Source of the DNA: Felis catus
Taxonomy: Eukaryota
Assembly: GCF_018350175.1 (NCBI RefSeq)
Contig: NC_058373.1
Coordinates: 109,990,001-110,054,000, forward strand
DNA length: 64,000 nucleotides
Direction of reading: 5' to 3'
Under the pieces are notes generated by a model. The model was given only the letters and a program-made list of their open reading frames with translations. It made no database searches and was not told where the DNA came from. A program made the translations under genes and the position numbers. Shown piece by piece: positions 61,171 to 64,000 of this stretch (position 1 is the stretch's first letter; the number at the start of each line of letters is the position of its first letter).

Positions 61171-62449
61171 GGGGATTTATATATTTCTAAAGATAACTTT
61201 GGTTTCAAAGCAGAATTATTAGCTATTTAGACAAAAAATCAACAGATGATTTTATGTACCTTAGTTAACTATGAATGGCAAGCTGTTGACAACAGTCTTA
61301 AAAGTATTTGGCTTTGTACATTATGTTATCAGACTTGTATTTCACAAAATTCATGTGTGCGTAATAATCCTTGGAGTAATATGAGAAAAGAGATTTTATG
61401 TAATATGAGAAGCTCAGGGCCACTGCTCATAAGGAAGTTTTTTCTTCTGATTTCAGAACATTTTTTAGAGACAGAGACCTACTTAACTTACAATGGCTGC
61501 TTTACTTTAGCCAAATGTATCTCAGATGAGACAGTTATACCCTGACTTAGAGTAATCGGCTTGAGAAAAAATTAAGATGTCCGTGTTGAAATGTAGTAAC
61601 TCATTGTAGATAGGCTATGAAAACATTTTTCCCACGTGTGCAGGGCCTGCAATGAATCAGGCCCAGGAAATGAGGCAGTGCTTTGCTGAAACTCATAGAG
61701 CAGGACAACAAACAAGCAACTTCATCTTTCTTTTTGTTCATCTTTCGTGTGATGTTTGAGTAAATGTCCTCATGAAGGCCCTTTTTGTAGGGAGATATTT
61801 ATGTTCTCTTAGTCTAATGAGGAGCATGATGTTGAAATGGATTGTTGGGAAGGGAAAGAAATGCCGTTTGTGAATGTGAATTTGAGCAGATTAATGTAAA
61901 ATGGAATTTATTTTCGGCTAGTGCATTTTGTACTACGTTGGACGGTCCACATTTTAAATAAAATGATATGTGAAAGTTCAGGCTACGAAAATAATAAATA
62001 AACAGCTATCTTTAAAAATTATTTGCTTTACCAAGATGTCTGTTACAGAATTTATTTAAATCTTTCCACTAGTTTTCTTATCTGGCAAAATAACAGGTGC
62101 TTCCTTTCCTTTTATCCTAAGAAAATACTAAATATATATTTTGTATGAAATACCACCTGTGCCAAGCTCTTCAGGTGGGAAAGGTGTGTTTGGGGAATAA
62201 ATCTTTGGAGTACTGGATAGATACGATTATGGAAGCAATAAGGGGTAAGTTGGATGAGTATCACAGAATTTTCAAGTTGGAAGGGACTTTCTTTGTTCTT
62301 CATTTGATTTAAGACCAAAGTAGGAATTTCTTTAGTAGTATTTCTGAGACTGAGATCCCTAAGGGGTCTGAATTCAAACCCAAGAAGTTTGGGGATTTTG
62401 CCTTTAGGCTGTGAGTGGCTATGGAGTCTTGAGGGTGAGAGTACATGGC

Positions 62450-62740
62450 TGGAGGTCAAAGTGTACTTTAGGAGATCAATCTGGCTTGGGGTGTAGGAAG
62501 ACTTGAAAGGAGCCAGAAAGTGGAGCTGGGGAAACCAGTTAGAAAGGTTTGCAAATAGCTGGGTGTTGGGTAACGTTTGCCTGGATTAGAATTAAACAGT
62601 GAATATGAAAGTATGGGACGGGTGTGAACACCATCGAGGTGAAACGCTCAGCACGGTTCTGAAACTACTGAATCTGGATAATAATAGAGCGGCTCCAAGG
62701 TCTAGAAGCTGAGCTGATTGGGGTAATAGTGGTAGCAGCT
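62450..62740 (-). mobile_element. L2 fragment
   Basis: TTTAGGAGATCAATCTGGC...GCTGGGGAAACCAGTTAGAAAGG, typical antisense L2. Confidence 0.6.
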
Positions 62741-64000
62741 ATAATGTCCACGTTATTAACTCTCTTTTTATTTAGTGTGTTTTCATTAAGTATTTAATAG
62801 CAACAGATAATAAGGCCGTATATCGATGTACTTCCAGTAAATTGTAGATATAATATGCTGTTCACAAAGAAACTCTTCTCTTGAGAACTTCATGGCATGG
62901 GAAGCACAGGTAGAGGGCCCATTTAAAAGTCAAATTAATCATGAGTGAATTGCGAGCCTACGATGACTCACCTCATGATATTTTAAGCAGCAGCTATGGT
63001 AATCTTGAACTATTTTGGATATTTTCTTTATATATTTCAGATTTCAGTTATTTCTTTATAACACGTGAATATAATTTGTGGACCATAAGAGGGCGTGATA
63101 CATTTCTGTAACAAGAGCAAATTACTTTGCTTTTGAAAACAACGTAGGCCAATGCTTTAGGAAAATGGCATTTGAATACAGAATGTTATCATTAATTAGA
63201 CAAAGAACTAGGAAGGAGTGTGTGTTCTATTACCTTTGCCACCACACGAGGAGTTAACTTTCACGCAGTCTTGCCAAAATGCTGGTGAATGGTTAACCAT
63301 CTGTGCGAAGCCGTGTAAAACCATGTTCAGCCCAGTTACTGTGTCATTTCAAACAATGCTCGCACGTTTTGTTTAGTGTTATCTTCCAGATGATGTCTTT
63401 TAAAAGATTAAAAAACCCTCTATGCCTTCTGGATAGACGTTACTTGGTGGAGGGCTTGATAGGGAAACACGGGTCCCTGTAGTTAGGCTGTTACAACATC
63501 GAACTTTATTATTTACTGAGTATCCATCCAACGGAGGCTTTCATTTTATGGGATCTTTTTAGACATTATTCATGTTCAGTGGGTTAGATGGCAAGCGTAG
63601 TGATGTGATGTAATGTTTACTTTTATTCATCTGTTCAGTAAACACTGAGTGCTGACTACGTGTAGCAGGCTTGTTGTTACGGGGACAAAGGTTGAATAGA
63701 TTGAGCGCCTTGAAGAAGCATGTGGTGCACTGTGCTTCTCCTTGCTGGTATCACGTGAAAGAAAGCGACGTGGGATGCAGATTTCATCCTTCTCATGAAA
63801 TGACTTGAAGTCCTTAACTACACAGGAGCCTGCTCCTGATTTGGGTGTCCAGCCGAAAATCCAACCACAATATGACTGAATATGCTGTCTCGAGTATCTC
63901 TTCCCATTTCAGTTGTAGGGAGGTGAAGAATGAGAGTGTGTTCTCTAGAATATTATTTGCAAAGTGAGTTATCTGTTCCGTTTGACTGTAAAAATCAAAC

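Overview
Mammalian, almost certainly felid (cat-family), genomic DNA: dozens of carnivore tRNA-derived CAN-SINEs include the young Felidae-type subfamily (5' GGGGCGCCTGGGTGGCGCAGTCGGTTAAGCGTCCGACTTCAGCCAGGTCACGATCTCGCGG). I find no convincing protein-coding exon; almost all tracked ORFs are read-throughs of SINE, L1 or microsatellite sequence. The window looks like part of a long first intron, probably of a + strand gene I cannot name: it starts in CpG-rich sequence and its L1 fragments are mostly antisense. Recognisable content: a minus-strand processed UBL5 pseudogene; a 36-nt tailless U2 snRNA retrocopy with an 18-bp target-site duplication (TSD); an ERV1-like remnant (env transmembrane segment, polypurine tract, LTR ending in a short A-tract); L1, L2, MIR, MER20, MER5A and Tigger2-type fragments; microsatellites; and several CpG-retaining unique blocks. 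The best leads are structural: a ~568-bp tandem triplication whose middle copy looks recombinant, a head-to-head SINE pair that appears homogenised by gene conversion next to a 241-bp pure-A/T tract with fold-back hairpins, repeated re-use of single insertion sites, and a perfect four-unit heat-shock element. I do not see evidence of a new gene system. Repeat boundaries and family names are by eye and approximate, and the SINE list is representative rather than exhaustive.
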